NCBI GenBank assembly: GCA_025450955.1
Contig: JANWLJ010000243.1
Coordinates: 1-24,211 of the forward strand
Direction of reading: 5' to 3'
Source: Polyangium sp.
Lineage (GTDB): Bacteria; Myxococcota_A; Polyangia; Palsa-1104
DNA length: 24,211 nt
The translations under genes and the position numbers were made by a program. How positions within the stretch are numbered: the first letter of the stretch is position 1; every line of letters begins with the position of its first letter. Shown here piece after piece: positions 1 through 8,346 of this stretch. The notes under the pieces were generated by a model. The model was not told the origin of the DNA. It made no database searches and saw nothing but the letters and a program-made list of their open reading frames with translations.

Positions 1-257
1 AGCTCCTGCTCGTCGATGACCTGGCCTTCGATGCGCAGCGTGCCGACCGGATCGGGATCGATAGCGACCGCCATCCTCACCGGAAACTCCGCGAAGGTAC
101 CGACGTTCGCCGGAGGCGGCGAGCGCTTTCCGCCGTCGGCGCTCTTTGCCGTCGAGACCGGCGCGGTCGGCATCAGCTTCCAGGTCACGCCCGCCGCCAG
201 CAGCGCGGCGGCGAGCGCCAACCAGAGCCATCGATTTTTCCCGCTACGGCTTTCCAT
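1..257 (-). CDS. N-terminally membrane-anchored protein, probably carboxypeptidase-regulatory-like domain family; partial, runs off the left edge
   Basis: Not in the ORF track. Hand translation from ATG 257: MESRSGKNRWLWLALAAALLAAGVTWKLMPTAPV...DPDPVGTLRIEGQVIDEQE. It has a hydrophobic N-terminal helix and a 'LRIEGQVID' beta-sandwich start. The start overlaps the tfuA stop (244-246). Confidence 0.65.
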   Translation of the reverse strand, partial: MESRSGKNRWLWLALAAALLAAGVTWKLMPTAPVSTAKSADGGKRSPPPANVGTFAEFPVRMAVAIDPDPVGTLRIEGQVIDEQE

Positions 258-1668
258 CACCGTCGCCCGGCGAGAGAGATTTTTCAAAGATGAACTGTTC
301 GAGCACCTCGGCGAAAAAGACGCGCGACGACTCGAACCCGAGCTCCTTGGCGTGGAGCTCCAGCCCACCCTCCATCTTGCGGAAACGCGATTCGTACCAG
401 GCCAAAATCTGCGCGTAATCCGCGCCGGCGTCCTCGAAGGTCGGATTGATGATCCCGGTCTCGCGGAGGTGATGCTTCTTCGCCGTCATGGTCCGCCACG
501 CATCCGGAAAGGCGCCCCGACGGCGCAGCTCGGGTGCGAGGAACGTGCCCGATTCGGCCGCGTAGTGCGCGAGCAGCTCATCGCAGAGCGCCTCGAGCTC
601 CACCAGCCGCGACAGCCCCGCCCGATCCAGTCGGTTCGCCTCCATCCAGCCGTTGGTGGCGGCGATCGACAGCAGCCCGCGCGCGCGACGAAAGCGCTCG
701 GCCGCTTCCTGCAGGCGGCGGCCGCTCACCCGCAACCCGAGCCGCGACGCTTCGCGCTCGACGAGCAGCAGGAGCAGACAGCCGCGACGGACGTCGGGAA
801 AATCAGGCGCGGTCACCCGCACGTGATCGCGCAGCGCCTCGAAGTTGTTCGCGCCGTCGCCGGTGGGCAGCTCGGCATCCACTTGATTCACCACCTCGGT
901 CATCTTGAGCCAGAACGCCGTCTTCTCGAGCTGAAAGCCGGGCGCCGCGCGGGTCTCGGACGCCGGCTCGGTGCGCAGCCTCTCGAGGAGCGCCACCGCA
1001 TCGTCGCGCTTGAGGTTGGGCCGAACGCGCCGGACAAACCCTCTCAGCCGCTCTAGCTCCGGCGCCGGCAGCTCCGCATCCGCCCCTGCGGAGAGGATCG
1101 CATCCCAGGATCGCTCGGGATAGAAAATGCTCTTGGCGATGGCGGTGAGCGACTCCCGGGTTTGCGCCGAGATCGCCTCCTCGCGCTCGGCGCGCTCGAG
1201 CGCGTCGCGCACGTTGACCATCGCTTCCGAGAGACAGCGGTACCCATCGGCCGCCGGGCCGTGGACCACCGCCACCTCGTCGTCGTCTTCGATCTCGCCG
1301 CTCCGAAAGGCCTCGAAGATCTTTCCCACGCCCTCCATTCCGAAGGGATGAAGCTCGGCGGCGCGAAGCGCGCCCATGCTAGAGGCGCCGAGCACACGCG
1401 CCCCGCTCTCCATCGCAAACAGGATCTCTTTGTGCCAGACGCTCGGCACCTGCTCGAAGAAGCCGTCGATGATCGCAACCACCTTCGGCTTCTTTCGGAT
1501 CAGCCGGAACATGTCGCCCATCGCGACCGGCGGCAGATAGATCGCGCTCGGCAGGATCGCGCGCGCCTCGTCGAGCGGCAACGAGGGGCCGAGAAACACG
1601 TAGGTGCTCGGGCGAGCATCGGAGCTGGTCACGGCCGACCCACTCTCGGTCGGCATCGGCTTGCTCAT
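244..1668 (-). CDS. tfuA: TfuA family thioamidation partner with a long C-terminal extension (474 aa)
   Basis: Motifs YVFLGPSL, PPVAMGD, IIDGFFEQVPSVWHKEIL, GASSMGALRAAEL, EDDDEVAVVHG and SEAMVNVR are typical of TfuA. ATG 1668 overlaps the YcaO stop (ATGA). The ORF track's start at 2343 is too far upstream. Confidence 0.95.
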   Translation of the reverse strand: MSKPMPTESGSAVTSSDARPSTYVFLGPSLPLDEARAILPSAIYLPPVAMGDMFRLIRKKPKVVAIIDGFFEQVPSVWHKEILFAMESGARVLGASSMGALRAAELHPFGMEGVGKIFEAFRSGEIEDDDEVAVVHGPAADGYRCLSEAMVNVRDALERAEREEAISAQTRESLTAIAKSIFYPERSWDAILSAGADAELPAPELERLRGFVRRVRPNLKRDDAVALLERLRTEPASETRAAPGFQLEKTAFWLKMTEVVNQVDAELPTGDGANNFEALRDHVRVTAPDFPDVRRGCLLLLLVEREASRLGLRVSGRRLQEAAERFRRARGLLSIAATNGWMEANRLDRAGLSRLVELEALCDELLAHYAAESGTFLAPELRRRGAFPDAWRTMTAKKHHLRETGIINPTFEDAGADYAQILAWYESRFRKMEGGLELHAKELGFESSRVFFAEVLEQFIFEKSLSPGDGDGKP

Positions 1669-2915
1669 GACCCACGCTCCATTTGCGCGGCGCGCGTGCG
1701 GGCGCGCTTTCCCGGCGCGTAGCTGGCGGCAAAGCTCATCGCCTCGAGCCCAGGAACCACCACTTTGACCACCGGGATACCGATGTCGGGCTTGGTCAGA
1801 TCGGCGACAGCGACGCTGCGGATGCCGACCGAGCGCACCCGCTCGAGCAGCACCGCGAGATCGCCGTCGAAGCTCTCCGTCGCCAGATCCGATCGCGCGC
1901 TGAAAGCGAGCGTCGCCGGTGGAGTCGCCACGCTCCAGGCCATCTTCTGCAGGTCGTCCGCGTTGGTGCAGTGGCGGTAGTCGGCGTAGAACATATCGTC
2001 GCGGCTGCCGGAGATCATCGTCAACCGGCTCTGAACCGCCTCGCTGAGCGAGCGCATCAGCGCGACGGCCGGCGATAGATGACAGCCGTAGCCGGAGAAC
2101 ATTCCGATCTGCCGCCAACCCGGACGCGAGCCGCGCTCGAAGATGGCGCTCGAATAGGCGGGCACCCCGACGTCCGAGGTGATGTCCCAGGCGGCCGCGG
2201 TCACTCCGGCGCGCTCGAGCTGTTCGATGGCTTGTCGGCAATAGGGATCCGTGATCGTCGCGAGATCGAGCTGGCGCTCCTTGGTCTCCTCGGGGCGCTT
2301 GAGATTCCACATCGTCAGCGCATCCCGCTCGATAACCTCGCAAAGCGCGTGGCAGATCGCTTCGAGCAGGTGATTCCCCGAAGCGAGGCCATTTGTGCTC
2401 GTGAAGAAGGTGTTGCTCCCCCGGGTCGGCATCACGAAGTTGGTGGTGACCGACTCGTTCGCGATCCAGGTGCGTCGGCCTTCGACCAGATCATATCCCT
2501 CGACGAACAACATCGGCACGTCGGTGCGCAGGATCGCGCCCTGCCGCAGCGGCAGCTCGGTCACGTCGACCACTGGCTCGGTTTGGCTGAGCGCCCGATA
2601 CGAGTCGTAGCGGAAGGGCAGCTCGATCCGCTCGCCGTGCCACGATTCGATCGACTCCATCATCGCCGACGCCTTGGCCGAGTCGCGATCGATCCCTTTT
2701 CCCTGCGAAACCGATAGCCCGCGGGAGTTCGGTCGGATCGCGACGTAGACCGGCATGCCGATGGCGTCGAGCCCGGTGACGTTGGCCAAGCGGGTGATGC
2801 CAAAGCGGGGCAGCAGCGGCGTGTAGGCTTTCACCGTCTCCTGCGGGCTGCGGGTGCGGTGGGTGCCGAGCCGATACTGCTTGGAGGCCACCTGTTGCCG
2901 TCCGAAGAGTTCCAT
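1665..2915 (-). CDS. ycaO: TfuA-associated (thioamide-forming type) YcaO (416 aa)
   Basis: Motifs GTHR, TRLANVTGLD, SQGKG...MESIE, STNGLASGN...EVIERDA and EAVQSRLTMISGSRDD. No C-terminal PxP tail. AGGAGG RBS before ATG 2915. Directly upstream of tfuA. Confidence 0.93.
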   Translation of the reverse strand: MELFGRQQVASKQYRLGTHRTRSPQETVKAYTPLLPRFGITRLANVTGLDAIGMPVYVAIRPNSRGLSVSQGKGIDRDSAKASAMMESIESWHGERIELPFRYDSYRALSQTEPVVDVTELPLRQGAILRTDVPMLFVEGYDLVEGRRTWIANESVTTNFVMPTRGSNTFFTSTNGLASGNHLLEAICHALCEVIERDALTMWNLKRPEETKERQLDLATITDPYCRQAIEQLERAGVTAAAWDITSDVGVPAYSSAIFERGSRPGWRQIGMFSGYGCHLSPAVALMRSLSEAVQSRLTMISGSRDDMFYADYRHCTNADDLQKMAWSVATPPATLAFSARSDLATESFDGDLAVLLERVRSVGIRSVAVADLTKPDIGIPVVKVVVPGLEAMSFAASYAPGKRARTRAAQMERGS

Positions 2916-2931
2916 CCGCCAGGTCCCTCCT

Positions 2932-3603
2932 TTACCCGAACCGCCGTCGGCGGTGAAACAGCACCGTCGTGAGGGCCAGCACCCCGGTCGCACACACCAA
3001 GACGGCCCCGCTCAACACGGCCAGGTTTCTCGCCAGCGCGTCGACGAAGCCTTCGATCCCGAGCGTTTTCGACAGCACCTCGAGATTGCCGAGCACCGTC
3101 ACGAAAATCCAGATGAACGGAAACGGCACCCACACCGCCTTCTCCGAGTCGAAGATCATTGCGGTCGCGAGGAAGAGGAAGTTATTCAGCACCTGGCATG
3201 CGAACAACAACAGCACCAGCCCCACCGATCCGTCCAAGCGACCGTGGATGTGCCCGAAGCGCACGGCGAGCGCGTAATAGGCGGCGAGCGCCACGAAGTT
3301 GCAGACCACCAGAATCAAATTGGAGGTGAACTTTCCGAGCACCAGCTCGGCATCGCTCACCGGCAGGGTCTTGAGAAACAGAAAGGCGCGGTGCTTCTCC
3401 TCGGTCACCATGGTGCGGAAACAGAAAATGAAGCCGGCGATGCAGCCAAGGAGCTGAACGATCAAGACCGGAACCGCCGGCGGAACGAACTTCGGCAGTT
3501 GCACAAAGAGGATCTCGCAGCTCGCGATCTCGAAACCGACCAGCACGGGCACGAAGAAGCGCTGCTGCCAGAGATCCTTGGCCGCCAGCCTCCAGACGTT
3601 CAC
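2932..3603 (-). CDS. ABC-2-type transporter permease-like membrane protein (223 aa)
   Basis: Starts VNVWRLAAKDLW, has about six hydrophobic segments and the motif EEKHRAFLFLKTLPVS...LVLGKF typical of ABC-2 permeases. GTG 3603 overlaps the upstream stop (GTGA). Confidence 0.8.
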   Translation of the reverse strand: MNVWRLAAKDLWQQRFFVPVLVGFEIASCEILFVQLPKFVPPAVPVLIVQLLGCIAGFIFCFRTMVTEEKHRAFLFLKTLPVSDAELVLGKFTSNLILVVCNFVALAAYYALAVRFGHIHGRLDGSVGLVLLLFACQVLNNFLFLATAMIFDSEKAVWVPFPFIWIFVTVLGNLEVLSKTLGIEGFVDALARNLAVLSGAVLVCATGVLALTTVLFHRRRRFG

Positions 3604-4874
3604 GATACCGCCTCTCTCGCAGCCGGGTGTTGCGAGCCCTCCCCGTCGGAGCGATAGGTGAGCAGCATCTTGCGGACCGAGAGCGCCGCCGGCACCACCA
3701 TCCCAATCGTCAGCGTCCAGAACAGGAGCGCTCCGTGCGGGCTCCAATGGGTGAGAATTCCGTAGACCTTACCGACTGTCGCGGACAGCGCAATTACGAT
3801 GAACGCGACCGCGACCAACCCGTAGAGCAACAGGATGGTCTTTTCACGGCGGGACAGCCGGGTGGCGCGCCAGGAGCGCCCCACCCACGGAATAAGCGAT
3901 ATCACGTAAGCAAACGCACGCGGCCGAAGATTTCGGACCCGCACCAGATCGCTGAGAATGAAATATCCGTCGAGCCGCAGAAACGGAATGAGGTTGATCA
4001 GGATCCGGGTAATCAAGATGATCGCGAAGATGAATGCGATCTGATTCGGTGCGGAATAGTGCGGGGTCCAATACCAGACCCCAATCGCGAAGGTGAATAG
4101 AAAGCTCTCGATATAGACTCCCGCCAGCGACACGACGATGCGGTGAACACGGCTGGGAAACAGCCACGAGTCGGTAACGTCGGTATAACACCCGGGCTGC
4201 AGCAGGTAGAGAATGAATCCCATCGCGCGCACGTCGCCGCCGAATCTCATGCACGCCATCGCGTGACCGGTTTCGTGCAATACCGCCGAAAAGAAGAGCA
4301 GCGCGTAGGCGGCGACCCACCAGCGAAAGAACTGGAATATCAAAAACGAATACCAAAATCGCTTCAGATCGCGGGTGATGAGAAATATCGAACCGGCGAA
4401 CAACAGTGCGAGCACCATCAAGCCGGGGTAGCTGAAGATCGGAAAGAACACCTTGGAGAGCGGGCGGAAGACCGGCGACGGATTCTTTACGCCGAGCTTG
4501 AGGTAGAAGGGGTTGTACTTGGTGAGGGCCGCCATCCAGCGCTGACCGGGCCTGACCGGCTCGGACGCGGCCGGCGGACCGCCGTCGAGCAGTCCGGCGC
4601 GCTGCACCTTGGCGAGGAAGCTGGTCACGTTCGCCCGCACCCGCTCGACCGCGTCCGGAGTGCCGGACATTCGCGCGATGAGCTCGCTGACGGTGGTCTT
4701 GCCGTCGAGTGCCCGGAGAATCTTGATTGACGCTTGATTGAATCCGTACACCTTGCCAGTGCCGGTATCCTGGACGACGAAGTAGGGCTTGCCGGCTTCA
4801 TCCTGCTCGACGATCACCAGACCGTCGCGAAGCCGATAGACCACATCCTGCTGCTGTTCCGCCGGCTCGATCAT
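3600..4874 (-). CDS. M50/site-2-type membrane zinc metalloprotease with an N-terminal PqqD/RRE-like domain (424 aa)
   Basis: HExxH motif (LHETGH) and NLIPFLRLDG (NxxPxxxxDG) motif, with multiple TM segments. The first ~100 aa show a beta-strand/helix pattern (YFVVQDTGTGKVYGFNQASIKILRALDGKTTVSEL) like an RRE. ATGA overlap with the upstream YcaO. Confidence 0.85.
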   Translation of the reverse strand: MIEPAEQQQDVVYRLRDGLVIVEQDEAGKPYFVVQDTGTGKVYGFNQASIKILRALDGKTTVSELIARMSGTPDAVERVRANVTSFLAKVQRAGLLDGGPPAASEPVRPGQRWMAALTKYNPFYLKLGVKNPSPVFRPLSKVFFPIFSYPGLMVLALLFAGSIFLITRDLKRFWYSFLIFQFFRWWVAAYALLFFSAVLHETGHAMACMRFGGDVRAMGFILYLLQPGCYTDVTDSWLFPSRVHRIVVSLAGVYIESFLFTFAIGVWYWTPHYSAPNQIAFIFAIILITRILINLIPFLRLDGYFILSDLVRVRNLRPRAFAYVISLIPWVGRSWRATRLSRREKTILLLYGLVAVAFIVIALSATVGKVYGILTHWSPHGALLFWTLTIGMVVPAALSVRKMLLTYRSDGEGSQHPAAREAVS

Positions 4875-6181
4875 GCGAAGGGATGAGGCATGGGGTTCAG
4901 CTCCGCGGCGTCAGTGTCACGCGAGCGATGGCCTAGCAGTCGCGGCACCTGGTAGAGCCGCCGGTGAGAGAGCCAGGGGTAGCGATGATCGGGGTGGAGC
5001 GGGACCGCGCCGGGCACGAACACCTTGACGGCCTGCAGCCCCACTTCTCGGATCTCCCGGGTGGTCAAATCGACCGCCACCACCTCCTGCTCGAGATTGG
5101 CCATCCGGGTTAACACCCGCGTCAGGTGTGCGCCGTCCTCTTCGGCCGCGCGCTCGCCGCCGTCGGAGATCGGCTCCTCCTCGGGAGAGGCGGTGAGGAA
5201 CGCCAGCGCCTCCTGATGATCTCTTTGCAGGTAGACCAAGCTGTGCCACTCCCAGTCCACCACGTTGGAAAAATCGGGCGCTGCCTTCCAGCGCTCGGCC
5301 GCGCCGGAGACGACCAGATCGCCCTGGCGGCAGGCTTCGAAGATCGCCTCGTGACAGGCCGAGCGCGCCGCCTCCACCTCGCTCGCTCCGGCGCCGAGGC
5401 CAATCGTGATCAGCCGCCGCGAGCCCACCCAGGTCTCGAGCACCGCCATCACTGCCGGGACGCCAAGATCGTTGGTCATCCGAACGAAGACGACCGCGGA
5501 GTTTCCGCGCAGCGAACGAGCGAGCTCGCGCCCGAAGCAGGACTCCGGCTCGACCCGCAGCCGCGGCAGCGAGAGTCGGTTGGCCCATAAGATCGCGAAC
5601 GCGTCGCGCTCGCAGACTTCGTAGATCCCCTCGAGGCAAGCGCGCGCCCAGGACCCATGACACGCCATCCCTGTCGACGTGCTAGGACCGAGCCACTCGT
5701 CCTCGCGGGTGGCGCGATACGGCACATAGACAAACGCTGCCGGCACATAGGCCGGTCTTCCAGTGACCAGCGACCGCCCCATCGCCCAGTAGATATCCGA
5801 ATCTTCCGTCAAGCGGCGAAACGGAAAACCGGCGCTCTGGTATTGCCGCTCGGCGTAGAGCGGAAAGCGCTCGCCAAAAAGAAAGGGCCCATGGCTCGTC
5901 GGTCGCGCACGGATGAGCTGCGAATAGTCCACAAAGGCGGCGCAGTATCGCTCCGCCGATTCCAGGAGCGCATCGTGAAAACAGGCGGACAGGCTGAGGT
6001 GTCCGCGCGCCAGCTCCGGCGCGGCGCCGCCCATCGGCAAGACGCGGCAGTCGGCCATCCGTGCGGCGATCATCGCCACCGACGGGCGTCCCTCAGGCGG
6101 CGGCGTCAGGACGAGTCGGCGAACCAGACCAGTCTTTCGGCTGATCAGCAGGCGCGACAGACGGTCGACCGATTCAACCAT
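4871..6181 (-). CDS. ycaO: YcaO family cyclodehydratase, azoline type, divergent (436 aa)
   Basis: Motifs ESAERYC, STGMACH...EVCERDA and VKVFVPG, with a Pro-rich C-terminus NPMPHPFA. The start overlaps the dehydrogenase stop. Confidence 0.9.
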   Translation of the reverse strand: MVESVDRLSRLLISRKTGLVRRLVLTPPPEGRPSVAMIAARMADCRVLPMGGAAPELARGHLSLSACFHDALLESAERYCAAFVDYSQLIRARPTSHGPFLFGERFPLYAERQYQSAGFPFRRLTEDSDIYWAMGRSLVTGRPAYVPAAFVYVPYRATREDEWLGPSTSTGMACHGSWARACLEGIYEVCERDAFAILWANRLSLPRLRVEPESCFGRELARSLRGNSAVVFVRMTNDLGVPAVMAVLETWVGSRRLITIGLGAGASEVEAARSACHEAIFEACRQGDLVVSGAAERWKAAPDFSNVVDWEWHSLVYLQRDHQEALAFLTASPEEEPISDGGERAAEEDGAHLTRVLTRMANLEQEVVAVDLTTREIREVGLQAVKVFVPGAVPLHPDHRYPWLSHRRLYQVPRLLGHRSRDTDAAELNPMPHPFA

Positions 6182-7046
6182 TCACCGGCCTCCGTGGATC
6201 CGGGGTCGACTGGCCGATCGAAAACAACATCATCACGTGCTCGTCGACGTTGTCGACTTGAATGAACTCTCCGACCTCGTTGTCGAAGAAGCCGCCGATC
6301 GCGCAGGTGCCGAGCCCGAGAGCGGTGCCTGTCAAATAGAAACTCTGTAGCACTGCGCCAACGTCATAAGAGAGGAACCGATATCCGCGAAACAGGTATT
6401 TCGAGACGGTCCTCGGCAGCACGGCGGTGATGGCGAATAGCACCGAGCAGGTGGCCGCCAGCTCCCGATAGGGGGTCAGGTTGCGCCCCAGAAACTCGTC
6501 TCGAATCGGCCCGGACCGCAAAAGCTCGAGCGAATGGTCGACGACGCAATAATGATATAGCCCGGGCTCACATCCTTCGACGTTGAATACGAGCGGGTAG
6601 ATCTCCAGGGGATACAAACCGCCCGCCGAAGGCGACGCGCGAAAACGCATGAAATCGTGCGGTCGATTGGGGAAGTCGGTCGTCAGCGTCGGCCCGTACG
6701 TGTTCCGCAGCACCGCAGAGAGCTGCTCGGCGCTGATCGACTCTCCCGAGAAGCTGCTGAGCTGCGAGCGCCGCCGCATCAGCGCGTCCTGCAAGCGGAC
6801 GTCCCCCAACTCTCCCTCGGGAAGTTTGATCTTCGGAAAACCGGCGTAGGTCTTCCACGAGCGGGACATCATCACGATCAGCTCCGGATCGCGGGTGATG
6901 GTGCTCACCCGGCGCGCCAACGCGTCGTAGTTCCGCCGCGTGATCTTCGTGCCCTCGTGATAGACCTCGGTTTCGTAGTGATCGTCGTTCTCGAAGAGGT
7001 CGACCATCGAGTAGCTGAGCGAATCGAACGTTTTCCTCTTCGACAT
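6174..7046 (-). CDS. SagB/ThcOx-type FMN-dependent azoline dehydrogenase (nitroreductase fold, 290 aa)
   Basis: Motifs RRRS, RASPSAGGLYPLEIY, PGLYHY and ALGLGTCAIGGFFD. Lies between two YcaO genes. Confidence 0.93.
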   Translation of the reverse strand: MSKRKTFDSLSYSMVDLFENDDHYETEVYHEGTKITRRNYDALARRVSTITRDPELIVMMSRSWKTYAGFPKIKLPEGELGDVRLQDALMRRRSQLSSFSGESISAEQLSAVLRNTYGPTLTTDFPNRPHDFMRFRASPSAGGLYPLEIYPLVFNVEGCEPGLYHYCVVDHSLELLRSGPIRDEFLGRNLTPYRELAATCSVLFAITAVLPRTVSKYLFRGYRFLSYDVGAVLQSFYLTGTALGLGTCAIGGFFDNEVGEFIQVDNVDEHVMMLFSIGQSTPDPRRPVNG

Positions 7047-7059
7047 TCACGGCTCCGTT

Positions 7060-8343
7060 CTATGGAAACGGGTGAGGGACGCGGTTCAGGTGGTCGCCCA
7101 CTTCATCCCCATAACCGAGGATTTTCGGCACCGAGCGAAGGCGCGGCGAACCGACCGCCGGCAGCGTCGAGGTCAGCGGCACCGAGCCCGGCAGGAATAC
7201 CTTGCAGACGTGCAAGCCGGCAGCGGCGATCTCCGGCGTGGTGATATCGAGCTCCACCGCCTCGAGCCCCACGGACGCGACCCGTTCGAGACAGATTTGC
7301 AGCGCGGCTTCGGGTGTCGCCGTCGGATCCGGCGCAGCATCGGGCACGCGCCGGCGGGGAGTGTCGAGGAGAAATGAGAGGTGGTCGCGGGCGGTGGGCT
7401 CGGAGAAGAGGCGAACGTGGTCGCGAAAGCGCACCACGTTCGAGAAGTCGTCGGCAGGCCGCCAGTCCGGATCTTCTTTGAGCAGGTTCATCGCATAAAG
7501 GAAGGTGTGTGCGCTCTCGAGGAGCGCCTTGCGAATCGCGGCGCGCTCCGAGAGCCGGGTCGCCGCGCCGCAGCCAAAGACGGTGCGCCCCTGCCGCGTG
7601 CCCTCGGCGATGCAAAGAAACGACGGCACTCCGATATCGAGGGTGATGTCGAACAGGTGAAACTCGAGGCCGCAATTCGCGAGGTGCCGTTGAAAGAACG
7701 CCTCGTGCCCGGGATCAGCTCGAAAGTCCACTCGGGGGACGCGCATTCCGCGCATCCAGGTGATGACGAAGGCGTCCCGCTCGATCACCTCGTAGAGCCC
7801 GGTGACAAGGGCGCGAGTGCGATCGAAGTGGCTCGCTTGACCGGTGGAGACCGCCAACGAGACCAGATCGTTTTCGTCTTGCGGAACATAGGGAACATAC
7901 ACCAGAGCGGCGGGGACGTAGCGTCGCTCACCGGTCATCAGACAACGGCCGGCGACCCATCGAATGGGTCGATCCGCGCGCCACTGCGCGAAGGGAAACT
8001 GCGGGTGCTGGTACTGTGCCCCGCTGAAGAGCGCGAATCGATCCATACCAAGCGCCTCATCACCGAGCTCGGTCTTGGCCGCGTACACGAAGTCGCGATC
8101 GGTGTAGTGCGAGCAGCAGTAACGCTCCACCGCCTCACCGACGGCGCAGGCGACCGCCTCAGCCTCGGTGGTGCCGACCCCGCCGGTTCCGCCGACGATG
8201 TCGTTGTCCTGGAACACGGAGACCTTGGCCGGCTGCGTTTCGATGAAGTGCAGCCGGGGAAAGCCAGCGTCCGTCGGCACGGGGGTACAGCGCCGGACCA
8301 GACCGGCGCGTCCCCCAAAAGCGTCCCACTGCGGCTCGACCAC
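7060..8343 (-). CDS. ycaO: YcaO family cyclodehydratase, azoline-forming type (427 aa)
   Basis: Motifs GGVG...AVGEAVERYC and STGQASH...EVIERDA, with the canonical C-terminal PHPFP. Immediately downstream of the ThiF-like gene. Confidence 0.93.
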   Translation of the reverse strand: MVEPQWDAFGGRAGLVRRCTPVPTDAGFPRLHFIETQPAKVSVFQDNDIVGGTGGVGTTEAEAVACAVGEAVERYCCSHYTDRDFVYAAKTELGDEALGMDRFALFSGAQYQHPQFPFAQWRADRPIRWVAGRCLMTGERRYVPAALVYVPYVPQDENDLVSLAVSTGQASHFDRTRALVTGLYEVIERDAFVITWMRGMRVPRVDFRADPGHEAFFQRHLANCGLEFHLFDITLDIGVPSFLCIAEGTRQGRTVFGCGAATRLSERAAIRKALLESAHTFLYAMNLLKEDPDWRPADDFSNVVRFRDHVRLFSEPTARDHLSFLLDTPRRRVPDAAPDPTATPEAALQICLERVASVGLEAVELDITTPEIAAAGLHVCKVFLPGSVPLTSTLPAVGSPRLRSVPKILGYGDEVGDHLNRVPHPFP

Positions 8344-8346
8344 CGT

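Noticed and set aside
1669-2343. N-terminal extension of the 699-aa ORF 244-2343
   Set aside because: It overlaps the YcaO in another frame. TfuA homology begins at ATG 1668, which is coupled to the YcaO stop.
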